DNA from: Coniocarpon cinnabarinum
Taxonomy: Eukaryota
DNA length: 64,000 nt
Reading direction: 5' to 3'
Assembly: GCA_051942205.1 (NCBI GenBank)
Contig: JAVECO010000024.1
Location: 62,001-126,000, forward strand
In this document: in pieces, positions 1 through 12,035 of the stretch
Layout: each line of letters opens with the position of its first letter
How positions within the stretch are numbered: position 1 is the stretch's first letter
Made by a program: the position numbers and the translations under genes
The notes under the pieces: generated by a model
Told to the model about the DNA's origin: nothing
Seen by the model: only the letters and a program-made list of their open reading frames with translations
Database searches by the model: none

Positions 1-211
1 TCGACAAGACCATGACAGTGAGGTGGCGCGTAGAAGATGAAATCTGGCAGGATCAAGCACCAGCGGGTCCCGCGTTTCAATCAGTAGAACAGAACGCTGT
101 AGCCGCTGCAAGAGGATTTGAGAGACCCAACGAACCCGGGGCAGATCTTGGTATAGACGAGCGGGAAGAGCTCAAGGCGAAGAGGGCACCGTGGCGGCTA
201 ATCGGAAGCAT
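1..211 (-). CDS. 5' part of an unidentified gene running off the window start (possible organellar presequence)
   Basis: ATG at 211 gives MLPISRHGALFALSSSRSSIPRSAP (R/S-rich, no acidic residues), followed by a GTTCGT donor and a CAG acceptor. Divergent from RHO3. No homology recognised. Confidence 0.3.
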
Positions 212-575
212 GGCTCAGAGTGGGCTTGGATGTGTAGAGTGGTGGTGAAGCTGACAGAGAGTGAATAGGTACTAGCGTTCGGTAAACAAACATTGCAGAT
301 AGGCAGGCCGAGGAGCGTCCAGAATAGTCAGGTGACATGACCAATCAGAGGGCGCCGGAGATCTTGGCAAGGATCTCCAGAGAGCCCCGGTGGCCCAGGC
401 TTCGTCACCAACATCCAAACGATTCCTTCGGTCGCATCATTCAACCTTCAACCCTCCCCACCTCCGCTCTCCTCCTCCACCACGCCACCCTCTTTCTCGC
501 AACCTCGTCACCTTTTCTCTAGATTTCGTCCATCCACTCGCTTCCTCTGCGCGCTAACCTGGCACAGCTGAGGCC

Positions 576-1738
576 ATGCCGCTCTGCGGCGGCGACAAGA
601 CCGTCTCACGAAAGCTGGTGTTACTGTATGTTTGCGACCGTCTCAACCTCCGACACCGGTCTGGCATAATCTGCGACGAACCTCTGGCTAATGATGCACA
701 GAGGCGACGGTGCCTGCGGGAAGACATCACTTCTCAACGTCTTCACAAGAGGGTACGTCTTCAACATGAGCAAGGCTACTGAATGTCCAGCTGACAGCAC
801 CGCAGATACTTTCCTACAGTCTAGTACGTACGAGCTCTCACAACTCCGACCATCCCTTCGATTTTTACAGCAAATTCCGGCGCATCCGCAGGCTGAAGTC
901 ACTTCCCAGCGGCTAACGTTTACGCCAGCGAACCTACCGTCTTCGAAAACTACGTCCACGACGTCTTCATTGATGGCAAGCACATCGAGCTCTCCCTCTG
1001 GGACACAGCCGGCCAAGAAGAATTCGACCGTCTACGATCCCTCTCCTACGATGACACCGACTGCATCATGCTCTGCTTCTCTGTACGTCCACACTCTAGC
1101 CGCCACCACAACTACGCCACCGCCCCATCTGCAACGTCCATACGCGGCCCCCGGCGCTTGCTAAAAAGGCTGTCGCACGGTCGCTTGCGCTTGTTTCAGC
1201 CCTCTTCAGGCTGAGTGGCAACGCCGACTGCTGACACGCCACCGTCGACATCTCACTCACGCATTTGGTTAATACCGATGACGTGGTCGCCACCATTCCC
1301 ACCACCGCGATGCACGCCTTCGACACCACGGCCTTGCGCTGCTCATGTGCTAACATTCGTCTTCAGGTTGACTCGCCCAGCTCCTTGGAAAATCTGAAGA
1401 CGAAATGGGTCGAAGAAATCGTCGAAAATTGCCTGGGCGTCGACATCGTCGTCTGCGCACTGAAATGTGATCTGCGCCCTGCGCCTGGCGAAATGCCCGA
1501 CACTGAAGATGACGAGGCGTCAGAACCGAAAATCCTCGCGGATGGCACGATGATGGTAACGTACGAAGAGGGCAAGGAGGCCGCGATCCAAGTACAAGCT
1601 TTGAAATACCTGGAATGCAGCGCCATGAAGAATCGAGGCGTGAACGAGGCCTTCACGGAGGCGGCGCGGGTCGCGCTAAGGTCGGAGGGACGGGGCAAGG
1701 GACGGAAGAGGTCGCGAGGAAAGTGCTGTGTCATGTGA
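576..1738 (+). CDS. RHO3: Rho3-family small GTPase, 5 exons (576-625, 702-752, 806-823, 929-1082, 1367-1738)
   Basis: Spliced product [51 protein letters not shown]...[20 protein letters not shown]...KCDLR...YLECSA...CCVM has the G1-G5 motifs, an N-terminal Cys typical of Rho3 and a CAAX end. All introns are GT-AG with CTRAY branch sites. Confidence 0.95.
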
Positions 1739-2260
1739 AGTGGCCTATTCACTGAGTGAGGAAAAGGCGTGGGGTGGTTTCCGCGCCAAGAGTTCATGAG
1801 AACAGTTGGGAGAGCGTAGGCGTTTGGGTTTGGACACGCTTGGGAGGCTGAGCATCGATAGCAGGACTGCGCTTGTATCAATACCTGCATGAACATATTG
1901 CAACATTGACTACTCAGCATTTGCCTAGAAGACAAGCCCCCCAAAGGAACAACTGCATACAAAAACACCGCTTGCAAATGGGGTCAGTGTAAGTGATATG
2001 AATCTTTACGAGATGGCATACGTTTTCTGCAAAAGTTGCAATAGAGGGACCATACCATTAAGTGTTATGTTGCTATTCATGAGGTTACATAGATGCCTTG
2101 CTAAATGATCACTTGGACCATTTCTTGCCTTCGTTGAGAACAATGCCCCGTTTCACCAAGCGGTGTTCTTGACGCTGTGATGTCTGATCTCTACCCCTAG
2201 ACCTTGCAGGTCATGACTCTTCCATCCCATAGACCGAACATCCCATGCCCTTGCTCTTCT

Positions 2261-5200
2261 CTATCCCACCAAAGCCCTTGCAACATCTCGAAGCCTCTCC
2301 ACTTCCTCTTCTGTTACATCCTCCCTCAGAAACTCCCACCCCTTCACCGAAACCAACTCCCACCACTCCCTCTCCATCCCCATCTTCCCTTCCAAAAACA
2401 CCAACACCACCGCCGTTGCAAGCGCCGTCTCATTCACACCATCCTCCGCCACGGCGCGCTCGAACTCTTCTCTGGAAACGTGCAAAGCGTGACTCGTGGC
2501 CGTTTCAGGACTCCAGGATCCGTCGAAATTCTGCGCAGAGATGAGCGCGGTGGCGACGCCGTGTCGGTTGTGCATGAGGCCCCAGTGATCTTGCAGCATA
2601 TTTGGTGGCTCGGGGTGATTCGGAGCCGGTTTGAAGACCTGTGGAAAAGGGCCGGGTCCGAAAAGTGAAGTCGACTGGGCTGCAGGAGGATTGGTATCGT
2701 TTTCTGGGTTCGAGGACGACCCGGGCGCATTGTTGCTCCCATTAGATGCTGATGGGTGTGCGTCTCTGTGATTGAAAAGCGAGAGGGGGTTTGCGGAAGG
2801 TCCCGCGAACTTCGACGGGTCGAACAGGGAGGGCGTGCTCTTATTGGAGCTGTCAGAAACGGCAGCGCCTCGGGCTTGCTGCTGCCTCATTGTTTGCAAC
2901 TGCATCTCGAGCCAGGAGCCGTCAGGTTGCGCATGAGCAGTCGAAGTGTTGGTGCTCATGTTGCCAAAGAGGGACGACTTTGCGGTATTGTTGCCGAAAC
3001 GGTTTGACTGAGTAGTCGGATCAGCGCTTTTGTTTTCGAGACCAGCAAAGAGACTACCAGATGTTGGCGGACTTCGAGTAGAGCTGCCACAGCTGAAGAA
3101 TGAACCTTGGGATTGTCGTGCCGCGCTGTTATTGGCGGTGTTGCTTGAACCAAAGCCGCCAGCGCGGATGTCGTTTCCAGAGCTTGGAGCGCTGACTTGC
3201 CATTGTGACCCGGCTGAAGCTGCGTTAGTAGTATTGCCAAAAGTAGTATTGCCAAAAAGTGACTGTGTTGCTGCACTTTGGCCGAATGCTGGACTGGTCG
3301 TGCCGTGGTTGGTGTTGAGGGTTGCTACTCCGAAGAGAGATTGTGACGACCTGTGCGGTACTGTAGTCTGGTGATTGACGTTGCTGCTGGCCTGTCCGAA
3401 GAGGTTTCCGCCAGAATTCGAAGAGAGGTTCGAGGATTTCATGCCGTTGTGCATCGTTGAAGAGCTAGACCCACCTGATGGAATGGACTGAGGATCCGGG
3501 AACTTCAACATTTGATCCTGTAACGAGAACGTCTGTGCCTGCTTCAAGAGCTGCATATGTTCGTTGACGGCCACAAAGGAACACCATTTCCCTGCCACTT
3601 GATGCTTGACACCTAAGCGCACAGCTTCGCGTTCAACGATGTCGTCGAAGTCATCGGGATGAGTGTCTTTAAGCAGTTTGGTGCTATCCGCATGATCTTT
3701 GGCGTCGTATACCCAGCCACGTCCTTCTTCAAGCTCTTGCATAGCTTTCTTCGCCCCTAGGGCATTCAGAGTGTTTTTAGAGCCTTGCACCTCTTCGATA
3801 GGGATTCTCAGTTCGAGTGGACCTTGATCTGAACGTGCCCGGAGTGTGATGGATTTGATTGGCTTTCTAATAGCTTCTGGAGACAACAAAAGGTAGACAC
3901 AGGTCCTTGAAAATGGAAACAGGGCAGGAATCTTGTGTGGTGCTTGAATAGAGGCTGGGCTTGCCACACTGGGCAAGTGGTCGTATTTATGTTTCGGGTC
4001 CTGCATTTCCTCGATGTCCATCAGGTCTGGGGCAGCTGTGTCGTAGAGTGAAGTAGGCGGTGCGTCCTCTGTGCGGTAGTCTGGCAACTCATCATGGTGT
4101 TTCGAGAGTGGCATTTCCTGTGTATCATGGAAGCAATTTTCGATGATCTCGAAATCCTCAGAGCGATCGTGATTCGTATCCTGATGATCGAGCTGAAGTG
4201 TACAGTTATTGATGTGAGGTGTGAGAGCACCCTTAAGCATCCTCACGATCTTGGAGGCGAACTCTTCCTCGCTGGCTATGTGCTGTGCAAAGCCGTTGCC
4301 AGCGCGAGCAACGCCCTCTATCAAAGAGCTAGAGACGTTGTTACCAATGCCGATTGGAAAGACCCGCAAGCGTCCTTTACTTCCTTCAACTTGCTCGTGA
4401 ATGTAACGGAAAAGAGATGACTGCTGCCAGATTTCACCATCGGTCAGTAAGATGATTTCAGTATTCAACGACTTTCGCCTGCTGTTGACGCAGGTTTGCA
4501 AGGCAGACAATGTCTCAGTGCCCCCGAAGTTCGCGATGAACGTCTCCACATAATATTCCGCGGAGCGCAAGGTCTGCTCTGAATACGTTTGACTGTCTGC
4601 CCACAACAACTCAGATGAGCTGCCAAAGCTGCACAGATTGAATTTGACTCCAACTGGCAGGGATTTCAGAAAGACATGCAATGCAGCTTTGAGAACGGGC
4701 ATGCTGCTTTGCATCGAGAAAGATCGATCGGCAACGAGGATGATCTCTGGTCTGTTGGGTTTCAAGGAGAATTTGGGTACCAGGGAAACCATAAGCGTAT
4801 GATGCTGAGGTACTTTAGAATCTGTTTCGAATAGTGCGCGAGGCTTCACAAAATCCTGGGACATGATCTGAAGAATGAAGTCTTGAGCCAGAGCTGGTGA
4901 TGATTGATGCATCGTCGCGGTCATGTCTGCCGGTCTGTAGTCGCTCGAAGTAGCTGTGCCAAAATCCAAATCAAGCTTGTGAGACGGAGAGGTGACCTTT
5001 TGGATGCGCACCGATGAATTGATCGTGGCCTTCATCGACATCCCTTGAGAAGTGGTCGTAGATAATGATGTTATCAACGAGGATGCCCCGTACCGAGGCG
5101 CAATGGAGGTTGGGATGACCAGTCGTGCACCGTCGATGCCGGCGTCGTGTTTGAGCTCGCCGACATAGGCTAATTTGACCGTGATCTTTGATCTGGGGGG

Positions 5201-5599
5201 TACGTTGCCAAGTGTGGTGAGGAACACATCGCCTGCGTTTGGTTCCTGCTCAACCAGGCCAGCTGTTTGACCTTGTTGCTGTGCGTCGCGATAAGTCTGG
5301 CGCGCATCGTCTCGCTCTCTCACAACACCCGTAATGACACGGTCGGCGACATGACATTCGAATCCAATGACGCTCACACCATCAAAAAGCGGGAACGCGT
5401 ACTTGAGTTCGTCGATACTGGTGTCCGTGGGATTCTCGTATGTTTGTGTAAGCTCTACACGATATGCAAAGGAGAATATGGTCGCATTGATATCGCAGCT
5501 TCCGCGAGGACAATAGCGCGACGCGAACAAGCCATTGGCAATTGGAGCTGTAAAGTAACAGCCGCACATGTACCTGGAATGCACAGACGTAGATGCCAT
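2261..5599 (-). CDS. VIT + von Willebrand factor A domain protein (vWA5A/BCSC-1-like) with low-complexity FG-rich C-terminal insert
   Basis: 1112-aa ORF. VIT-like N-terminus (VELTQTYENP...YAFPL...A...Y..A..G.TAGLVEQ), vWA MIDAS-like DRSFSM, GGTE and LLTDGEI motifs, and C-terminal LISAQNFDGSW / ATAVVLVFLE / WELV motifs. Confidence 0.9.
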   Translation of the reverse strand: MASTSVHSRYMCGCYFTAPIANGLFASRYCPRGSCDINATIFSFAYRVELTQTYENPTDTSIDELKYAFPLFDGVSVIGFECHVADRVITGVVRERDDARQTYRDAQQQGQTAGLVEQEPNAGDVFLTTLGNVPPRSKITVKLAYVGELKHDAGIDGARLVIPTSIAPRYGASSLITSLSTTTSQGMSMKATINSSVRIQKVTSPSHKLDLDFGTATSSDYRPADMTATMHQSSPALAQDFILQIMSQDFVKPRALFETDSKVPQHHTLMVSLVPKFSLKPNRPEIILVADRSFSMQSSMPVLKAALHVFLKSLPVGVKFNLCSFGSSSELLWADSQTYSEQTLRSAEYYVETFIANFGGTETLSALQTCVNSRRKSLNTEIILLTDGEIWQQSSLFRYIHEQVEGSKGRLRVFPIGIGNNVSSSLIEGVARAGNGFAQHIASEEEFASKIVRMLKGALTPHINNCTLQLDHQDTNHDRSEDFEIIENCFHDTQEMPLSKHHDELPDYRTEDAPPTSLYDTAAPDLMDIEEMQDPKHKYDHLPSVASPASIQAPHKIPALFPFSRTCVYLLLSPEAIRKPIKSITLRARSDQGPLELRIPIEEVQGSKNTLNALGAKKAMQELEEGRGWVYDAKDHADSTKLLKDTHPDDFDDIVEREAVRLGVKHQVAGKWCSFVAVNEHMQLLKQAQTFSLQDQMLKFPDPQSIPSGGSSSSTMHNGMKSSNLSSNSGGNLFGQASSNVNHQTTVPHRSSQSLFGVATLNTNHGTTSPAFGQSAATQSLFGNTTFGNTTNAASAGSQWQVSAPSSGNDIRAGGFGSSNTANNSAARQSQGSFFSCGSSTRSPPTSGSLFAGLENKSADPTTQSNRFGNNTAKSSLFGNMSTNTSTAHAQPDGSWLEMQLQTMRQQQARGAAVSDSSNKSTPSLFDPSKFAGPSANPLSLFNHRDAHPSASNGSNNAPGSSSNPENDTNPPAAQSTSLFGPGPFPQVFKPAPNHPEPPNMLQDHWGLMHNRHGVATALISAQNFDGSWSPETATSHALHVSREEFERAVAEDGVNETALATAVVLVFLEGKMGMEREWWELVSVKGWEFLREDVTEEEVERLRDVARALVG

Positions 5600-6625
5600 G
5601 GCGTCAGAGGCGAGGATGGGAATAAGACAGATCTTGCGAGATATTGCATCTTAGGAGGTACGAAGGAAAGAACCATTAAGAGATATTTGCTTTAAATGCA
5701 TTTACATAGGCCCTGAGGCCCAGTTGGTAGCCTATGAAGTCCAGAACAGCTAGGCTGCTTCGGCATGTTCCGCATTGAGAGTTTTGGAACAACGAAATTA
5801 GGCACACTGCACTCCTAATAGCAATCATGCGCACGCATGAGGGAAAGCAGCAAGGCAGGAGCTATTTTCAACTAGGCAACCGGAGGATCCGAGGGCCAGA
5901 ACAAATTGGATGGGTTTTCCCTTACGTAAGCTCAGGCAGAGCCAGCCTCGCTGTCCTTGAAGCCGCTCACCTTTTGTCGATCTGGACACAGTGCCAACAG
6001 TTGATGCCCCCAAGAGATGAAAAGGTCGCTGGAAACATAGCCCTTGCCCTAGATGAATAGAGTCGATGGCGCCGCAATGAGCGCTCAATGCTGCTTCGAT
6101 GTATCAACTTGGACATTCGCGGTGCGCGCCATCTGTACAAGCCTCCATCCATGACGGTTGCTTGCTGATCCAATCGAGAGATGACAGACGCGCAAAGTTG
6201 GTGTGCTGGCGACGGGAATATCGAGCGTCAGGGCGCAAGATGTGCCTGATCGAAATTGCGGCGGAAGAAGTGGATACGATGGATACGGTGGGAGACCTGG
6301 TGATGTCATTGAAGCCCCTTGCCGCCTTGGGTCACGTGATGCTTCCGCGAGTATATTCCGATGCAGGCTGCAGCTGCGGCGGTGTGGAGTGGGAGGCTCG
6401 ATCAAGCAGTTCGATGCGGTGCTGCCAAGACTGAACATCAGAAGGTGCCGGCGAAAAATCATGTGGAAGGCAGGCGCTCAACGTTCTTTCGCCTCATATT
6501 CCTCCTCTTCGTTCCACCTCTCCGCTACTTCCTCACAACACCAAGCTATCCTCCAGACTTGCACCAGATCTGCTCTGCCTCTTCAGTGTACCAATCGTCG
6601 CGTGATTCATCCTATCACTCGAACA

Positions 6626-7380
6626 ATGGCTTCCACCACCCAGCCCACCGTCGATCCCAAAATGGTTTCGGAGACGGCGAAGCAGGAGGGCGGTACCACT
6701 GCTGGCTCTGCCTCAGCCCAGCTTCAGAGCCAGATGACCAAAGAGCGCAATGCTCAACAGGTCGATGAGCAGCTCCAGTCCAAGATGGAACATGGCGCTG
6801 TTCCCACGCAAGAAGAAGCCAAGTAAGTGCTCCAATGTGGTTTCGTAAGAGAAGCTGGACCTCAACGACGTTACAAAAAGACGTTAGCTAACAACATCTG
6901 TGCACTCGTAGACTTGCCGAGTCTCGAGAACATCGTGCTACGGGCCGTGAGCCAGAACCAGGCAGCCTTGCGTCGCAAGCTCAGTCCGCCGCAGACAAGC
7001 ACGCCAATATGCATGACGTTGCCGACAAGGTCGAGAGCAAGTTGCACTCTGATCCCAGCTCAATCACGCCAGGTGAGGCATCCACTTTGGAGTCTCGTGA
7101 GCACAGAGCCACTGGCCACCGTCCTGAGAAGGACTCATTGTCAGCGGAAGCCAAGCGTACCGTTGCGCACAACGAAACTCAAGCACAGAGAGAGGCCCAG
7201 CTGCAGGACGCCATTAACGTCGTTGCTCCAAAGGTAGCCAACGACCCCAAGCATGTCACCGAGGAGGACGCAAACCTGTTGCACAGCGCCGAGCGCCGCG
7301 CTCATGGGACGGTTGAGAAGGGTGGCATTACAGCTCAGGCACAGCACCTTGCAGCTGAGAACAAGGGTGCTACGAAGTGA
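6626..7380 (+). CDS. Hydrophilin, SMP/LEA-like stress protein, 2 exons (6626-6822, 6912-7380)
   Basis: GTAAGT..GCTAAC..TAG intron joins two ORFs. Repeated motif (V/I)TxxEAxxLES(R/A)E(H/R)RA(T/H)G...GSLASQAQSAA resembles seed-maturation-protein repeats in fungi. Confidence 0.75.
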
Positions 7381-8857
7381 TGATGGTCTGGACACGCGTG
7401 ACGCCCGGGTTGACAGGTGGTGCGTCCATGGTTGAGGCCTCCCTTGGCTGGATGAGCAACAAAACCCCCAGATGTATAATTTAGAAGTCACCAACGTGAG
7501 TGTAAGAATACAGCAAGACAGAATTCGAAGAATACCATACGCATCGCCCCTTACACGCCAGTTGTTCGGGTTTCCGAAAGATGCCTTTAAAGTAAGCAAA
7601 GGACTTGACGTATCAAACAACAGTCAGGCTCCAGGATAGCGTTGACAACAAGGCAGCAAGGTCCGCTGCGCGGAGGAATGGTTTATCCGTTTGTCATGCT
7701 GCTGCAAAGCACGTGCAAAGTCTAGATCCCCGTCCGATACCAGCACATCGCCTTGATTGGCGCGTCACCGTGCAGATACAGGAACGACTCCGGCAGCAGT
7801 AGCCTCACAGAAAAGATCCGCGCCTCCACGCTCATGACTGGTAGGTTAAGCTCATCCACAGCGGAGGGCTGGGTAGGCAAAACGAAGTCTTTGAAGAGTA
7901 CACCGACAATGGCAACTCGGCAGGTCTGCATCATGGCCCTTGGGTAACATTCCGATGTACTTCGGACTTGGTGCTCCTCAACGGATACTCTGACAGCAAG
8001 AAGGAGTATTGGTCCCACTCTCAACAGCACGTGAGCTCGTGAGGAATGCCAGCCAAGACGCTCCTTGCCTCGTCTATCGACTTGGCCCCATTGCCTGCTC
8101 TCCAATCATGTTTTTTGCCGCAGCCAATTCTATATTTTGCTCCATGCACCGCCTCCGGGATGGCAACCATGAACACGGACCGGTTCCTACAACCCGGTCA
8201 GCAATCCCTGCACGTGCCCATGTTGCCGTTCAGATGTTGACCGAGCGAATTAAGAATCTTCCGAGTGACGCACGGATGCTTCCAACAGATGCCTTGTCGG
8301 TGTTGAGCACCACCTCTGCCCAATGCTTTGATCTTGCTTATCTCGACTGCGGCTCAAGCTTACTCTCTATGGCACAACGCCTTTATTGCCTCCAGTGCAC
8401 TGCAATGAGAGAGGCCTCATGGCTACGCACTTGGGCAGTCACGGACTGGATATGGTTGTGAAACGCCTCTAGGATTCCCAACGAAATCATGACTTTAGAG
8501 CGCACTTTCGTATAATCGCGCTCCGAAGCTGAATGTGGTAAGGACGCACACGAGGCACAGCGCTGGCGGCAAGCCGTAAGCAGTCCAATATAGGCGGCAC
8601 ACGAACTCCGGAGACCCTGCTGTCACATTTCCATGGCAAAGGCAAACACGAGCCTGCTGGAAAAAATACCATGTCAGATCTTGTCCGGCCTCGAATATAA
8701 AAGCAAGGGATTCAACACCTTTCATCATTGCTCTTTTCTCAACCCAACCCATACTTGACACTTCCTTGCATCCTAGCTACTTGGAATTTGTTCAGCAAGT
8801 GCATTTGCATCCAACCACTCAATACCTTAATTCCAGAAGTAAAACACTCTCATCAGT

Positions 8858-9248
8858 ATGCGTGCAGCACTTCTCGCTCTGCTGCCTCTCGCCCTTGCGG
8901 CTCCCTCAGTCCTCGACCTGGTAAGCGATCAGTCCATCCACTCAGTTCAAACACAAGGAACTTCCTGCTGAAAAGCTTTAGAACAAACGTCAAGAATCAA
9001 ACGACCCCAACTGCGGACGCACCGGCGCTCCCGCATGTCCCGACGGCACCACCTGTATGACTCCCGACAACTACGTCTGCTTCCAGGGAAATGGCTGCTA
9101 CGGCACGTGCAAATCCAAGCCATCGACGCAGCTCTGCGGCATTCCGCCGACAGGTTATGACTGCCCTGACGGCGAGACCTGTCTGGATAGCCACGGCGCA
9201 TACTGTGGCCCTGGCCAAACTTGCATGGGATACTGCGTTGCTTTGTAA
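8858..9248 (+). CDS. Small secreted cysteine-rich protein (12 Cys, two tandem 6-Cys units), 2 exons (8858-8920, 8982-9248)
   Basis: Spliced product MRAALLALLPLALAAPSVLDL|NKRQESNDPNCGRTGAPACPDGTTC...CMGYCVAL: signal peptide, KR (Kex2-like) site, phase-0 GT-AG intron. Confidence 0.85.
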
Positions 9249-9730
9249 GACGCTTGTTTATACGACGCGGCGAAGTAATCAACGAGTTTCAACGATTCGC
9301 GCATGAGCGGAGTTCTGGGCCCTTGGTGAGGGAAAACATAGATTGGGAATGAAGGGATTCTACAGCGGTGACATAGATTGAAATCCACGCTTTTGGCTAA
9401 TGATATTGAGCATCTTTGACCTTTTCCAACGCCTAACTGAGCCTCAGTCTTGCTGCTTCGTCTTTTTGGATTCAGTTGCACGTCCGTGTTTGTGGTGCTG
9501 GTGGTGGCGCGCCTCGTCTGCTGCAGCTACAAATGCGCCAAGACGTAGTCTTGGGATACTGACTCGCGTTCCCAGCCATCTCAACTTCCAACATCCAATA
9601 CCTCTTTCCTTCCCCTCAAACATCAAGATGTGACACCACGCCCTCCGCAAAGCTTGCAAAGCTTGACAAACCTCACCAGCGTCTCGTCCCTGCAAAAAGC
9701 AGATCCCTCCGAATCCCAGCCTAAGTCGCA

Positions 9731-10792
9731 ATGTTTAAAAACCACCCCCCCACGCCTGCTTCCAATCGCAAACCCAAAACCTCACCCCCCGGTACCTTCA
9801 AGAATAAGACGTGGTACTGCGCCTGTCGGCCTCCGCTGCCCGCTGAGCACTTCCGTGTCAAGAAGGAAGGGAAGAACAAAGGACGGTGGTTCTGGACGTG
9901 TCAGAGGGATAGCGAAGAGCGATGTGGGTTCTTTCTTTGGGGTGAAGAGGCGGAACGGCAGATGAAGGGGTTGTTGATGGTGGAGGGACAAGCTGGGAAT
10001 GACGTCGGGAGAGCTGGAGGTGCTGGTGGTGCTGTTGTTAGTGCTGGTGTTGATGCTCCGGCTGGTGCTGGTGCTGGTGCTGGAGTGAGGCGGGAGGAAG
10101 AAGCGCCACGCATTAATGGAGAAACGACGCAGAAGAAGCCTCGGAAGAGAAAATTGCCATGGAAGACCGATAACGACGTCTCGAAATCGAAGAGCTCAGC
10201 AGCGCAAAAGCAAAGTATCTACGACGCAAGCACAACAGACGAGTCCTTCAATATGAGTGAAGACGAAGAAGTCGCCCTGTCACAAGCAACGGCAACCGCA
10301 GGACGACTGAAAAACTCGCCCGAGACGCCTCGAAAAGCGCAAAAGACGACAGCTGTCCAAACGCCTTCGTCGAAGACGAGCATGAACGCCAACTTCGAAA
10401 CGCCTTTGAAGAAGAGCGCGAACGGTACGAACGGTCTAATTACACCGGGGACGACGCCGCATCAAGACAAGTCTTTACAAAGAACAGAACCGGAGACACC
10501 GACGCCCCTGCGTGTACGCGATGCGGTCTCAGAGTCGCTGACATCGCGTACGATGCAGCTCCTGCGCGATCACGCTGTTGCCATGTCGCCGGCAGCGGAG
10601 AGAGAACTGCGCTCTCTTCTCGACTCGGAGAGTCGAAAGGCAGAAGGTATCAGAAAGGGGAGGGATGCAGCACGAGAAGCGGTGACGAAGAGGGATGAGC
10701 GGATTGCACGGTTGGTGGGACGAGTCCGGGAACTGGAGGGCATGGCGGGAGGTCGTGATACGCGGTCAAAGACATCTGGACGATACGTATGA
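9731..10792 (+). CDS. GRF-type zinc-finger protein
   Basis: WYCACRPPLPAEHFRVKKEGKNKGRWFWTC...CGFFLW matches the zf-GRF pattern. Low-complexity middle with many TP sites and a C-terminal coiled coil. Confidence 0.88.
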   Translation: MFKNHPPTPASNRKPKTSPPGTFKNKTWYCACRPPLPAEHFRVKKEGKNKGRWFWTCQRDSEERCGFFLWGEEAERQMKGLLMVEGQAGNDVGRAGGAGGAVVSAGVDAPAGAGAGAGVRREEEAPRINGETTQKKPRKRKLPWKTDNDVSKSKSSAAQKQSIYDASTTDESFNMSEDEEVALSQATATAGRLKNSPETPRKAQKTTAVQTPSSKTSMNANFETPLKKSANGTNGLITPGTTPHQDKSLQRTEPETPTPLRVRDAVSESLTSRTMQLLRDHAVAMSPAAERELRSLLDSESRKAEGIRKGRDAAREAVTKRDERIARLVGRVRELEGMAGGRDTRSKTSGRYV

Positions 10793-12035
10793 GCGATTGG
10801 GACGTGCTATCTGCGGGATTTGGACTACCGAGCGCTTACGCAACGGATTTGGGAATTTGCCGTCATCTGGGCTTATCAGAGGATTATGCAAGTCTTGAAC
10901 GGAGCCAGGGAGTGCATGAACGCAGTGACGAACAGAGATGGCTTAGTCTCGCTTACTGAAACGGAAAGTCGGAAGGTGGCAGGGAGAGGCTGGAATTTGT
11001 GTGGGAGTTTGACCGAGGGAAGAAAGGTGGTCTAGAGATAAATCGAGAGCTATGGAATTTACTTCAGCGGAAGGGTTGAAAAGTTGAAGAATGAAGATGA
11101 TTGGGGTCAGTGAACGAGGGAAAGATAAGAGTGAGAGCGGAACAGAGATGGTCAATTGGCTACAACTGCATGATATCTGCGTCGTGGCGAGTCCAGCCAA
11201 TCCCACTGCTTGACAAGGCCTGCCCATCCAGAAGATCTGCCGGAGGTCGAGAAGTACATCTATATCTTGTTCCAGTGCAGACCGTGCAATGCCTACTGCA
11301 ATTGTACAGATACCAATAACATCCTTTTGGGCACTGCTACCATGATTACGTTTTGGTGTCTTGCTTGAGAATTACTGTACTGATATTGATGGAGGAGGCG
11401 TCTGCTAATTAAGCAAAGACTTAGATGCCAAGCTGCTGTATTTCCACAAGACAGGACGGCAGTCTCGATCTGATGATGAAGGGGTTAATAAGACGCTTCG
11501 GCTATCGAATATATCCTTAGGTATAGACTTGCGCATAACAATCCCCTATTGAGCTGCACGCACCGACTTCACTGTGTCAAATGAGGAATGTGCTGCAGCC
11601 GTGGCCCCATTGACTGCCCTCGGATCAAAGATTGTGCTAACGCTCAAGGCATCTCTGGATCGTGCGTCCGGTGGCGAAGATACTGAAGCGGCGCGACGTC
11701 GTTACGCCGTGCCTTCTCAAACATTGGGTCATGTAACAGCCAGGTGTTGACTGTCCACGCGCTCGTGAACAGTGGATGATCCGGTCAGACGGTCTCGTAT
11801 CTCCCCGGTTGTCAAGTGCACTGCGCACGTGTAGCTGGCAAGCCTCGCTCGTCGCTAGGCCTAAGATCATAGGCTCATAAGTTGTGTAACCATGGAAGCA
11901 GATTCGGCGGGCCAAGTGGTCTCGTCATCTGACATAAGAAATGGAAGGAACTTTGATGCTCGACTGACTGCGGTCCAGATAGTGCGAATACTCCTCTCTC
12001 AAATGCGCCGGTCGCAAGACTGGACCATCCAGAAC

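Noticed and set aside
1083..1366. Long RHO3 intron as a possible snoRNA host
   Set aside because: No convincing C/D or H/ACA box pair found by eye.
7605..8461. Possible spliced gene fragment (KLIHSGGLGRQNEVFEEYTDNG...)
   Set aside because: Could not build a complete start-to-stop model; no homology recognised.
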